Origin: Corallochytrium limacisporum Hawaii
Taxonomy: Eukaryota > Protista > Pluriformea
DNA length: 45,338 bases
Assembly (NCBI GenBank): GCA_002811645.1
Contig: PDIP01000076.1
Coordinates: 1 to 45,338, forward strand
Reading direction: 5' to 3'
Within the stretch, counting starts at the first letter, position 1. The number at the start of each line of letters is the position of its first letter. The position numbers were made by a program, and so were the translations under genes. The notes below the pieces were generated by a model. That model ran no database searches. It had not been told where the DNA came from and saw nothing but the letters and a program-made list of their open reading frames with translations. This document shows positions 1 to 10,610 of this stretch, piece after piece.

Positions 1-22
1 GAGAGAGAGAGAGAGAGAGAGA

Positions 23-113
<91 letters not shown>

Positions 114-132
114 TGTGTGTGTGTGAGAGAGA

Positions 133-179
<47 letters not shown>

Positions 180-245
180 TGTGTGTGTGTGTGTGTCAGT
201 GAGTGAGCCGGAGAGCTACACAGAGACAGAGAGAGAGAGAGAGAG
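1..245. repeat. Compound (GA)n/(GT)n microsatellite
   Basis: Directly visible alternating GA and GT dinucleotide tracts. Confidence 0.97.
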
Positions 246-600
246 CGATGGTTTGGGTGCGCGGCGGGCGGGGCAAAGAGCGATCGATCTCTCCCTTTTC
301 CTCCTTTTTCGTCTTTTTGGTTGCAAAAAGGGGGTTCCCTGAGAAAATAAACTATAACACACACACCACACCACACACATGCATGTACACACGACACCGG
401 ACATCGACACGGAGGGCACTTGTGTGACAACACAACATTCCTGATGGTGATGATGATGATGGGCCTTGATGCCCAACACACTCCCCTCCCCCCGGGGGCG
501 CGGCGGCGGCGCCGGTTTTTGCGTTTCCAAACCACCGCCCCTTTCTTTTTTTTTTCCTTTGGGCCATCGCTCTCAAAGCCCCGCGGGCCGAGATCGCATC

Positions 601-603
<3 letters not shown>

Positions 604-651
<48 letters not shown>
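604..651. repeat. (CT)n microsatellite
   Basis: About 22 uninterrupted CT/TC units followed by CACA. Confidence 0.95.
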
Positions 652-653
<2 letters not shown>

Positions 654-1241
654 TCGCAAACGCCGCGATTTCGATTTTTGATATTGTCTTTTTTTTTTTG
701 TTTTTGATTTCTTCCCCGAACCCGCTCCGAGGCCCCGGGGGGGGGGGCTGGCAACTTTGTGCGGTGGTCTCCCCCGTCCGCTGCTCTCTCTCTCTCTCTC
801 TGTGTTTTTCTTCTTTTTTTTTTTGTTTTTGGTTGTTGTTGTCTCTATCTCGATCTCTGGCCCGAGTTGGTGTTTTTTGATTTTCTTTTGTGTGGGTGTG
901 TGTGTGTGGAGATCTTTTGAGATCTTTTTAAATTTATCTCCTCCTTTTTCTTTCTCTTTTCAAGATCTCTGCCCTCTCTTTTTTAATTTCTCTTTTGCCA
1001 CTGAGCATCTCTTTCGTTGGTACTGGGCAGCTCGTGCTTTTTCTTTTCTTTTTGTTTGCTTTTTATTTTCTTTAACTTTTTATATACCTTTTCTTCTTTG
1101 GTGTGTGTGGGCAGAGGTGGCCTGCTCCGATTGGTTCGCTTGGCCTGGCCGGTGTTTAACGGCCGCGAGGGGCGGCCCCCCCCCCCCTTCCTCCCCCGGG
1201 GCCTTCCCCGGGCGGCCGTTTTAAGGTTGTGTGCAAAATAC

Positions 1242-1458
1242 AAAAAGAAAAAAAAAGGAAAAGGGAGAGGAGAGAGAGAGAGAGAGAGAGTGAAAGAAAA
1301 GGAGGGCCAAAACAAAAAAAAAGGAAAAAGAAGGGAGAAAAAGCCAAAAATGGGCCCTGTGTTTTTTTTTTTATTTTTGGGTGGTGGTGGTGTTTGGTGA
1401 GATAGAGAGAGAGAGAGCGAGAGCCAGAGCCAGAGCCAGAGACACAGAGAGAGAGAGA
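1242..1458. repeat. Purine-rich low-complexity tract with (GA)n and (GAGCCA)3
   Basis: A-runs; (GA)n at about 1270-1290 and 1399-1458; GAGCCA x3 at 1421-1438. Confidence 0.85.
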
Positions 1459-1778
1459 TTCTCTTCCCTTTTTTTTTCCTTGTTGGGTGTGTGTGTCCCG
1501 TCCTTGTGTGGTGGTGGTGGAGGAGTTTGTTTCCTTTCGTAATTGGTGTGGTTGGTCACGGCTCCCAACGGAGGTGTCTAGGTACTTTGGGGACACGGGG
1601 ACATGTCTGCGCAGCGTGCCGTGTGGGACAGGACGACAAAAGGGTTGAGAAAAGACATCACGGTGTCACGCATAGCGAACTAAGCGCCATTGCACTTTAA
1701 CGCACTTTGACACAACACACATCACATACATCTTTCGTATTTCTTCTTTTGTAGGACAGCGCAAAATAACTTTGTTGA

Positions 1779-2765
1779 ATGTCACCCAACGACTTTAACA
1801 ACGGCTTCTACAACAAGAACTCGGGTAACGTAGGAGGCAGCAACCTAAGCAACAAGGCCAACACTAACAACACTTTCGGTATCAACCCCAGCCCTCAACA
1901 CATCAGTATGGATCCTGCCAACACCTGGGGAGTCTCCAACCAGGGCACCGCTGCCCCGGGAACAGAGGGCAGCTTTGCCAAAACTCTGCAAGAGATCGAG
2001 GAACGGTCCGAGGAAATTTCCAAGGCCCTTCGCAAGGTCCTGCCCCACATTGGCCGCATTTTGGTTACCTCCACGTTCCTCGACGACGGTCTGCGCATGA
2101 TCTTCCAGTGGAATGAACAGATGAAATATCTCACCAAACAATTTTGGGGCTTTTCCACCCTGGCCGCAATCTTTATCGTTATTAACATGATCGTTCAATT
2201 GGGTGCCACCGGCATGATTGTGGCTCGCTACCAGCTCACTATCGCTGCCATTGCCCTGGCCGGTATCGTCGTGATCCAGACCCTGACTTACACTGCCCTG
2301 TGGGATGCAGGCTTCTTCCTGAAGTCGATGTCTGTGCTCGGTGGCCTGGTCCTCATCGTGGCCCAGGACAATCAAAACATCCAGCAGAAGTTCACCGGTG
2401 CCCTGACCACGGACGCGGACAAGAAGCCCGTGAACAACTTGCTGCTGGCGGGACGGCTGATGATTGTGCTGCTGGTTCTGTGCAGCTATGAGATGTTCCT
2501 GCCAGTGTACATTGTGTCCCTGGCACTGGCTCTGTGCATTGTGGCGGGATTCCAGACCAAGTCTGCCTCTCTCGTGCTCATGGTCATTCTGTTCCTGTAC
2601 GACATTGTTGTGAACCAGTTCTGGACCGTCAGGTCCACTACCTACAGGTACGATCTGCTCAAGTACGACTTCTTCCAGCTGCTGTCCGTGGTGGGTGCCC
2701 TGGCGCTGCTGACAGCCATGGGTGCTGGTGACATCAGCGTGGACAAGCGCAAGAAGGACTTCTAA
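1779..2765 (+). CDS. SURF4: SURF4/Erv29 ER cargo receptor
   Basis: LPHIGRILVTSTFLDDGLRMIFQWNEQ, FFLKSMSVLGGLVL, LLLAGRLMIV and KYDFFQLLSVVGALALL..GAGDISVD match SURF4-family motifs. C-terminal KKDF is a di-lysine ER-retrieval signal. The Asn-rich N-terminal extension means the true start could be the downstream Met (MDPANTWG). Confidence 0.95.
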   Translation: MSPNDFNNGFYNKNSGNVGGSNLSNKANTNNTFGINPSPQHISMDPANTWGVSNQGTAAPGTEGSFAKTLQEIEERSEEISKALRKVLPHIGRILVTSTFLDDGLRMIFQWNEQMKYLTKQFWGFSTLAAIFIVINMIVQLGATGMIVARYQLTIAAIALAGIVVIQTLTYTALWDAGFFLKSMSVLGGLVLIVAQDNQNIQQKFTGALTTDADKKPVNNLLLAGRLMIVLLVLCSYEMFLPVYIVSLALALCIVAGFQTKSASLVLMVILFLYDIVVNQFWTVRSTTYRYDLLKYDFFQLLSVVGALALLTAMGAGDISVDKRKKDF

Positions 2766-3311
2766 AGCTGTGAATCGCCCCAGCAAGCACCTATACAGGG
2801 AAGAGCCAACCGGGAAAAAGGGGGGGGGAGGGGAAAGGGGAACGAACAAACCACTCGCATTTCATTTCATCCAACATGTTAGTCCATGCATTTCAAGGCC
2901 CCTGTCTCCCTGTCACTACTGGAATGCACGGTAAATGGATGTCCGCACATCCATTTTCTTTTCTTTTTGTAGTAGAAAACTGCACCGCACACAACGCACG
3001 CAACGCACGCACGCACGCACAAGTGCCCAATACAGTCTACGATCACCACGCACTCGGAGCCATCAGCAAAATGTTGACGCATTATGGTGAAGATTCATTT
3101 GGAGATCTTGTAGAAACTGATCGAGTTCACTTTGAGGATGTTATCTAGCTAGTTGTTGGTTTCTTTAATGAATTGATTTCTTACATGTGTCTCTCATGAC
3201 GGATTGTTGATGCTGATGGTCATGAAGGTTGCTGGGAGGTTATGGTACAGGGTGCAATTTCCCACACTTTGTTCTGGTTTGGTTGTTTGTTTCTTCGTCG
3301 TTTGGCATGCA

Positions 3312-5747
3312 TCAGGCCAGGAACGGATCGACCTCGTACGGATCGGTGAGCTTCAAGTCGGCCTCCATGGTCGCGTACACTGGTTTGTGATCGCTCAGCT
3401 TGACATCAAACGCAGTGTTGTAGTCTACTAGGCGCATGCTCGCCACCGCGTCGGCATCTTCATCCTTCACATCGAAATCGAGGTCCAGTGGTTTGCCCAT
3501 CATGGCTCTGCCGAACGGATCCGTCTCATCCCTTGGACAGCGAAACAGAATACGGTCAGTGTACGAGGGAATGCGACACTTCTTGGACGTGTCGTAGATG
3601 TCCGTGCCATTGTCAAACTTGTAGGTGGGCGCGAAGAGCAATTCTCCCTCCTGGAATCCTTGGAGGACACGTCCCCGTCGCATTTCCTTGCGGAGCTGGT
3701 CGTTCGCATGCAGGACTTCAAGCATGCCGTTGCGAATGACAGCATCGACAATCTTCCGGCTGCCATCGACACGGTAATTCATGTCGCCGAACCAGCAAAC
3801 CCGGTCGAAGCGCGTGGTAAGGTCCGCACGCAGAGACGCAGGCATCAGATCGCCTGTCACTGACTCGCGAATCACGCCTGGAAGTTCTCCTGCCGGATTT
3901 GCTTCCGTGGAATCTGTGCTCTGTGACATAGGCGACACCAGAAGCGGAGCTCCGGACTTTGAACGGTGCTGCGGCGGCTCGGTCGACTTGCTCCTACTGA
4001 GTCGACGCATAAAGCCGGACAGACGGGTCGGGCTGCGGGTTGGGCTCACACGGGACTCGCGAGGATTCGCTGTAGGTCTGTCCTCGTCTTTGTCGTCACC
4101 TGTGGGTTGCTGTTGGATACTTGGACTCGATGAACGTGTCGCGAGCGAAAAGTTGCTGCGAAGGCTGCTTCGGCTCAATATCAGATCAGCAGAACCTTGC
4201 GATGCCACACTCCGCAGCGGAACGGTTGAAGCGGGATTCGGCGTCCCGCTGCGCTGTGCTAGGCTGGTTGGCACAACCTTGTCCTCGGAAACTGCACAAG
4301 CCCGACAGATCTTTTCGATGCAAAGCCGGCGCTTCGTCACTTCGCCCTGGTGCGCGGGCAGGTGGCAGTTCACAAAGACGAATGAGGTGTCCGCGAGGCG
4401 GAAACTGATGGCTGTACCACCCTTGTTCCCAACCACACCACCGATACCGGTTGCAACCGAAGTGGATTGGACATTGTAGATGAATGGTACGAGCTCCTTT
4501 CGCACAAAGACAATCATGTACAACCAGTACATGCGCTGCATGCGAATTGCCGTGTACCGTCCATGGCTGGCGAAGACGTCTGCGAACGTCAGAGTGGTCT
4601 TCTTGTGCATCTGTCCATTCCCTTCTTGGGCACTGTCTCTCCCAGTAACATCACCATTATCCTGCGGTTGTGGTTGCTGCCATTCATTGTCGCTACCGCA
4701 CATCATGGACCGTAGCACACGATCCCAATGCTCCCAATGCTTGCTCTGCTCTTGCAGGCCGATCGCCACAATGTCATGCCCATCTCTAACACCGACAGAG
4801 CCCAACAGGGCAACCATTTGTTCAACATCATGTTCGGGTGGCATCTGTTCATTCGTGTTGAAAGTCACGCAGTGAACCTGGATGTTGCGGTCGGGATAGA
4901 GCTCAAGCAGTGTGCCCCACTGCGGATGTGCATCACGCAAGGTCCGGTCTGGTGCTAGGAGCAGACGATCCTCGACAAACTTCAAAGCCTCCTCCACCGA
5001 TTCGTCCTCCTCCTCACGCCCAATCAAAAGAGTTTCGCCCGTATCCGCGTCATAGGGGTGCATGGATTTAGACACGGCTTTCACCTCACTGTCATCGTCC
5101 TCGTCCTCCACCGAAGGCTCTTGCTTGGGCGCCGCCTTGTCGACGACCATCCCCAAGGAAGACCGGTCCCGAGCGGGAGATTTACGGCGGTGTATGTAAC
5201 TATGGCTTCGTCGGGGCTGGTGGAGATGCCTGTCGTCTGCCAGTGGGAAGTACGTGTGGTCGTTCTCCGAACTGATCTGGACCATACGGCGCGTACCACT
5301 GTCCCTGCTCAAGCGCAGTCTATCGAGCGCACCCATAGAAGAATGCTGCTGGTTGAGGTCAGTGGAACTGCGGTGCGACAGGAGCGACAGATCCACTCGG
5401 GACCTGGCCGTCTCTGCAGCGTGCAATAGTGCATTACTCAGCTTGAGGGCTTTGTTAATGTTCAGACTGAATTCCGTTGTTCCGTCCTGGTCCCTCTCAC
5501 GACCCCGATCATTGTCTGGGTCTCCATGGTCTTCTTCATCCTCTACGTGTTCTAATATACCGGTGTCCGTGGATCCCGTCGAGGAACATGATATGGTGTC
5601 AGCTTCTTTGCTCTGTGGCTTCTCCTCATTAGTTTGTGCTTCTCCACATGGCGTGGCCAAGCCGGCAGCCTTCTGTTGCTGTACTAGAACCTCCAAATCA
5701 CGACCACATATTCCCTTGTGGGCAAGCTGTTTAAGTAAAGGCAGCAT
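3312..5747 (-). CDS. INPP5E: Inositol polyphosphate 5-phosphatase, INPP5E-like
   Basis: 5-phosphatase motifs GNKGG, FVNCHL, WFGDMNYR, PTYKFD, PSYTDRIL and SDHKPV. INPP5E-type context YPDRNIQV, DLTTRFD and DQLRKEMRRG. Start placed at the first ATG (5747); the ORF track begins at a TTG at 5789. Confidence 0.88.
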   Translation of the reverse strand: MLPLLKQLAHKGICGRDLEVLVQQQKAAGLATPCGEAQTNEEKPQSKEADTISCSSTGSTDTGILEHVEDEEDHGDPDNDRGRERDQDGTTEFSLNINKALKLSNALLHAAETARSRVDLSLLSHRSSTDLNQQHSSMGALDRLRLSRDSGTRRMVQISSENDHTYFPLADDRHLHQPRRSHSYIHRRKSPARDRSSLGMVVDKAAPKQEPSVEDEDDDSEVKAVSKSMHPYDADTGETLLIGREEEDESVEEALKFVEDRLLLAPDRTLRDAHPQWGTLLELYPDRNIQVHCVTFNTNEQMPPEHDVEQMVALLGSVGVRDGHDIVAIGLQEQSKHWEHWDRVLRSMMCGSDNEWQQPQPQDNGDVTGRDSAQEGNGQMHKKTTLTFADVFASHGRYTAIRMQRMYWLYMIVFVRKELVPFIYNVQSTSVATGIGGVVGNKGGTAISFRLADTSFVFVNCHLPAHQGEVTKRRLCIEKICRACAVSEDKVVPTSLAQRSGTPNPASTVPLRSVASQGSADLILSRSSLRSNFSLATRSSSPSIQQQPTGDDKDEDRPTANPRESRVSPTRSPTRLSGFMRRLSRSKSTEPPQHRSKSGAPLLVSPMSQSTDSTEANPAGELPGVIRESVTGDLMPASLRADLTTRFDRVCWFGDMNYRVDGSRKIVDAVIRNGMLEVLHANDQLRKEMRRGRVLQGFQEGELLFAPTYKFDNGTDIYDTSKKCRIPSYTDRILFRCPRDETDPFGRAMMGKPLDLDFDVKDEDADAVASMRLVDYNTAFDVKLSDHKPVYATMEADLKLTDPYEVDPFLA

Positions 5748-8700
5748 GTCAATGTAAGTCTGTATTCGGAGCCAACCTATCGGCCTCAAGATTATCTAGT
5801 TACTGAAGCGTGTTCCAGGTTTCTCTTAAATCTACATAACGGGGCACCCTCCCCGATAAATACTAGCGAAGCCACTAGATCAGTTTAGCCCCCATTGACC
5901 TTCGGTGACCTGGATCACTGCATTTATCACAGCATATGATCAGATCTACGTAAAGTTATCTTTATTAGCTTGGCAGGTGCTACAGTACATCAAGTTCGTT
6001 TCCGTTCCGTTCTGGTCCAATCCAAGGCTGAAGAGAGTGAGTGGCCGTGCAGAGCCTGCCAGTGTTCGTGAGACCCCAGCGCCAGCCGTCATCCGTCATT
6101 CCTTTCCCCCCCCCCCCTCCTTAAGCCCTTGCTGGAAAGCCCTAAGTGGCACAATGGGAAAACGCTTGCGTGTACTGGGGAAAGAGGAAAAGGGCCAACA
6201 GCCATTGTATTTTACTATTGGAGCAGCAAAACCAGGCACTCCACTGGTGTGGTGATGAGTAGGGGTGAATAGGTGGCGGCGCCGTCCAGGGACCTGGGCG
6301 TAGCTGGATTGGTTGGTAGGTTTAAATATTTAGTGATTTTGTTGGTTTCGATTATTTTCTTATTAAGAAATATAAACCAATATTTTCAATCTTAATTGAT
6401 TTAGAAGGCCAGGGACACATTAGTGTATCAACAAGGATCACGGGTTCGTAATCTGTACCCCTTGATCATTTTGAAATATATTTCTACGTGTGAATCATAC
6501 TGAGGTGTAGCATCGTTGATGTGGCTGCTTTATATATACAATATTCTGCGTTCTTGAAAAATCAAATCAGAAGAGAATAAAGACGTTCATTTTCTGACCT
6601 CTGAGAAATTATCTAGTTTATTACACATAAGGTAGATAAATCAGATTCTTTTATCCCCGATCACTCCACTGCCGCGACTTTCGAGGTTTCTCAGGGTGTC
6701 CGGGAACGAAGCTTAAGAAGGAACGGCTTTTGTAGGCTCACAGCGTACTCTATACTGAAACAACTGCTGAGAACAGGCAGTTTGTAAAAATTCTCCGCTC
6801 CTCCCTGTTGATTCCCCGCCATAGCTGCTCACTCGCCTACAGGCGGCCGCGGTCACTTGGGTAACCCTAGCGGAAGAGAACACATGGCTTATCTATACTA
6901 AAACTATAACATTTTCTCGACTGAAACGCATAGATAGGTGTCAAAATTGGTACCACTCTCGCGACTAAGAGCAACACTTTTGTAAGCTCAACGGACGGGG
7001 AATAAAATCTTAGTTCGCCGGCTGTGCGCAAGCGATTTGATGGGTCACAGAGAATAGCACCACAACACATCATACATTAAGTATAACAATCGATCGTGGC
7101 CAGGTGGCTGCGGAAATGACGCACATGTTGTCTCGTTTGCAGGTACGCACACGATATCTGTGCACAATGCCGCGGCCAGTCTGATCAGGCCCCAACTCCC
7201 TCCCCTCGGGCGACTGTCCTGGAAACTACTAAAATACGGCCATGTATAAATATTTTGTAAGTTAAATATATTTGCTACACTTATTATATACTGACTGTTA
7301 TAAATATTTCGATGGGTTTGTCGTGGTGGGCATTTGCGCCCCGGGGAGGTTTTCTCTTTGGTTTCATTGGTTCGGTGGTTCCTTCTCTCGTCCTCGTTGG
7401 TAGCTAACCGCTGGCCAAGGATGGTCAAAGTTGTTTCTTCCTTTCTTTTTTTCTTTTTTTGGGAGAGGGGGGGGGGGTAAGAGGCGACAACCGGACGGAG
7501 GGGAGAGGAGAGGAAGGAGGAGGGAGAATCTAATTTCACGCCACCCGCTTACTATATACAACGTCATTGGAAGCTTAGTACGCTATCGAGGGCACGGGTA
7601 GGTAAGACCGGAGATGGGGAGGAAGTGATGAGGCCCATTTTGGGTTGCGACGGCTCTCGAAAGGGCTAAGTTGACCATTGGCATGTTTGCTGGTAAATAC
7701 CAATAGCAAACGAACTGAAGAAAATTTTTGGGAAAGAAAACGAAAACAGCCTAAGGCTCATAGCATCCACAAAATAGACTCCTGTCATAAGTCATCGCCT
7801 TTCAACGGATATGTGCTCACCACAGCTCCAATGAAGAGCACGTCTATCTATTACATATGCATGTGTTCCATGATGATTTCAGTCTTGTCCAGAAGACCTA
7901 TTGTCCCAGCACCCCACGACAGAGTCTCACCAACACACGAAATCAGCGCTTCTCGAGCCCATTCGCTTGCGATTCGAGGGGCACAAGTTCCCTATGTTCC
8001 CTATAGAGACGCATACTCACTCCCGCGGCCAATCTCTTGGGGGGGGGGATGGGAGGGGGATCACTGCAGGTTTGTCCACCACCCGCTGACATGGGCTGGT
8101 CGACGCCCATTCCCCAATGGTCGGCACGGAAGCTTAGGCCGACCATAGAGCATTCAACACTTACTGATTGTCTATATCACTCTTGAACAGCAAACGATGA
8201 TTTAAATATAGACGGCACGGGTATGCTATCCCCAATCATGGAGCAGACGTATAGAGATTACGACAATGATTGGGTTTATTTATAGCACCAATCGCACACG
8301 TGTGTGACAACCCCGTTACACAATGGTGACGAAACACTTCGGCATCATCAATTCAGTACACATTGTATTGACTTTCTGCACACAATCTTGATGATATTCT
8401 CTCCGCTTCTTGCGTTTCGTGTTCTGTGTCACAACAAACCGATAAATTCCGACCCGACTGGGTCGCGGTCGAGGAACGGCAATATTAACATTTCGTTGGT
8501 ACCACAGGAATTTTCCACAGTTCCCACAGTACTGACAATTAGTTTCAAGTCAGAGCGATTCCGGTTGTGCACCCGCCTGCGGGGGTGGGATGTTTTGTTC
8601 TCTTTGTCCTTTGTTTCTTTCTTTCTTTCTTTCTTTTTTATGTTTTTGTATTCGTGATCCGTTCTTTGCCGGGCTTTGGGCCGGTCCCGATAGGTACTTG

Positions 8701-10610
8701 TGCGATCCAAACAACTGTTTTGTATTCTGAATACATTACACGTCCAGCACGTGATAGAACATTATCCAATTCAGTTCAGGGCAAATGTACAAACAACCAC
8801 GATCCCCGTCGGACTATTCCCTTCCGACGGCCCGTACGGCTCTTGACCACCCACCCTCCCTTCTGTCCCTCTCTGCAACTTTTTCCAGTTCCCAACAACT
8901 CTCATTAGCTTTTGTGCAACATCTTGCCCTTTTTTTTTCCCTCTGTCTCACACCCTCCATGCATTTGCTATGGATAGCATGCGTTCAATACTGTTGTACA
9001 CGGTCCACGTAAAGGTGGTTACACTGACAGGCACACACTCGAAAAATTTTCCCTTCTCCTGTGCTCCGTTATAATTTGTAAAACTAATTGTGGCGGGCTG
9101 AGACATTGGGACCAGGTACCAGCGCCTCCCCCCCCCCCCCCCCTCTTTCGGAAAGACGAAGCAAGGTTAGGGACCAGAGAACGGTGCCCCGACGTACCTA
9201 CGCGCGTTTACGTCTCAGTTAGCACTGAATGTGAGGGCTTTTTTTTGCCAGCGCGGCGGCATACCGCGGCCTTTTTGGTTCCCAAGTTTTCCTTTTTGAC
9301 AAAACATTTGCGGCGTCGAACGACGACACAGGCGAGCAAGCTCTGCTATACTCCTTCCGCCTTCCCCCCCTCCCTCCTCTCTTCCTCCGCCGAGGCACTG
9401 TTTCCGCAAACGGGTCCTCCACCTGCAAATACCAAAAGTCCTTCACATGTGTAGTTAATTCCTAATATTTTAAGTACTGATAGGGAGGGTAATGAAATTG
9501 GTTGAGAGGTATGCGGGTTGACGATATGCGATTTTTTTAACGCCGTTATCCTCATTTTTCTCCCTCTCCATTTTTTTTCTTTTTTCGCTAATGTTTTCTT
9601 TGGGGCGGGAGTACTGAGTAGGGCGAATGGGACCCCCAATTGTTTCAAAGGCATCTGTGTCAGCTGACTTGGGGGAAGTTCCAAGGACGCGCGAGCACGC
9701 ATACCACCACCACCACCACCATACATACTCACACAATACTCTACCACCGTCTGTGTTCTTTTTTTCTTTTTACTTTAATCGTCTGTTGCTCTGTTTTTTT
9801 TTCTGGGTGTTCGCCTTTGTTCCGGTCTGGTGAGATATCGGTTAGCTCCACTCTCCGGTGCCCAGTCACACTATGAGTTCGTTTCCCATAAATAAAAAAA
9901 AATTCTCCCCCGCCCGCCCCACGGCCCGGTCTTCCCTTCCCTTACGGGGCGGCGCCTCGCTTCGGGAGGATTTGGGGACAGCGGGCATGCATGCCCCGGT
10001 GTTGTTGGGGGTGGCGACGTTCCTTAGATAAAGTACGGAGAAAAATTAATTGGGAATATAATACCTGAGTGACCCTTTGGAGGAGGGAGGGGCCCTCTAT
10101 GACCACCCCCCGTGGACTGCTTGGGATCCGGTTGGGCCCGGTGTGTCCTGCGGGGGACCCTTTCACTCCTGGGCCCCGGTGAGCAAGTGCGGGAAGCGTG
10201 GCAATACGGAAATGTCACAACCCCACAGACCCTCGTACTCTGTGTTGTGGTGACTGACACCGGGCGAGAACCTAAGGGCATCCGAGCGACGTTACTTCTT
10301 TTGGGACTCGATGAGATGAATGCCATACAATCTGCAATTTTTGTTTGTTTGACCAAGTGACTCAGACGAAAAAGTCACTGTCACATCTTGTATTCATGAG
10401 GACGTGTAAGGCTACGTCAAGAATAGATCTTACAAAATAGCACATATACAGATATTCTAATTACACAAAAAAGCATTCGGGATTTAGCGTAAAAGAAATT
10501 GCACGGTACTAGTCGTCCGTCTCTTTCTTGCATCCCATTTTCAGTCAAGGGATTCGGATATCCTAGGTTAGCCGGGTCTGTGGCAGATAGAAGAAATACA
10601 CAGCTTAGCC

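Noticed and set aside
203-1700. ORFs in the first 1.7 kb
   Set aside because: They are translations of microsatellites and homopolymers.
1845-2849. 334-aa antisense ORF over SURF4, and similar antisense ORFs over ALAS, INPP5E, TPP1, AP180 and the acidic protein
   Set aside because: These are shadow ORFs expected from codon bias of the sense gene; no recognisable motifs.
3200-3314. Readthrough or frameshift extension giving INPP5E a CaaX end
   Set aside because: None of the three downstream frames ends in a CaaX motif.
6340-6382. AT-rich imperfect hairpin
   Set aside because: Weak, and expected in locally AT-rich sequence.
6862-6869. Telomerase RNA template-like TAACCCTA
   Set aside because: An 8-nt match is expected by chance, and no supporting structure was seen.
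7625-7651. Hammerhead ribozyme-like GTGATGAGGCCC..GGGTTGCGAC
   Set aside because: The core needs CTGATGA and GAAA; both are broken, and stems I and III are absent.
10500-10610. Iron-responsive element in the ALAS 5' UTR
   Set aside because: The only candidate loop is CAGTCA, with a stem of G-U pairs and a mismatch; it reads better as a splice acceptor.
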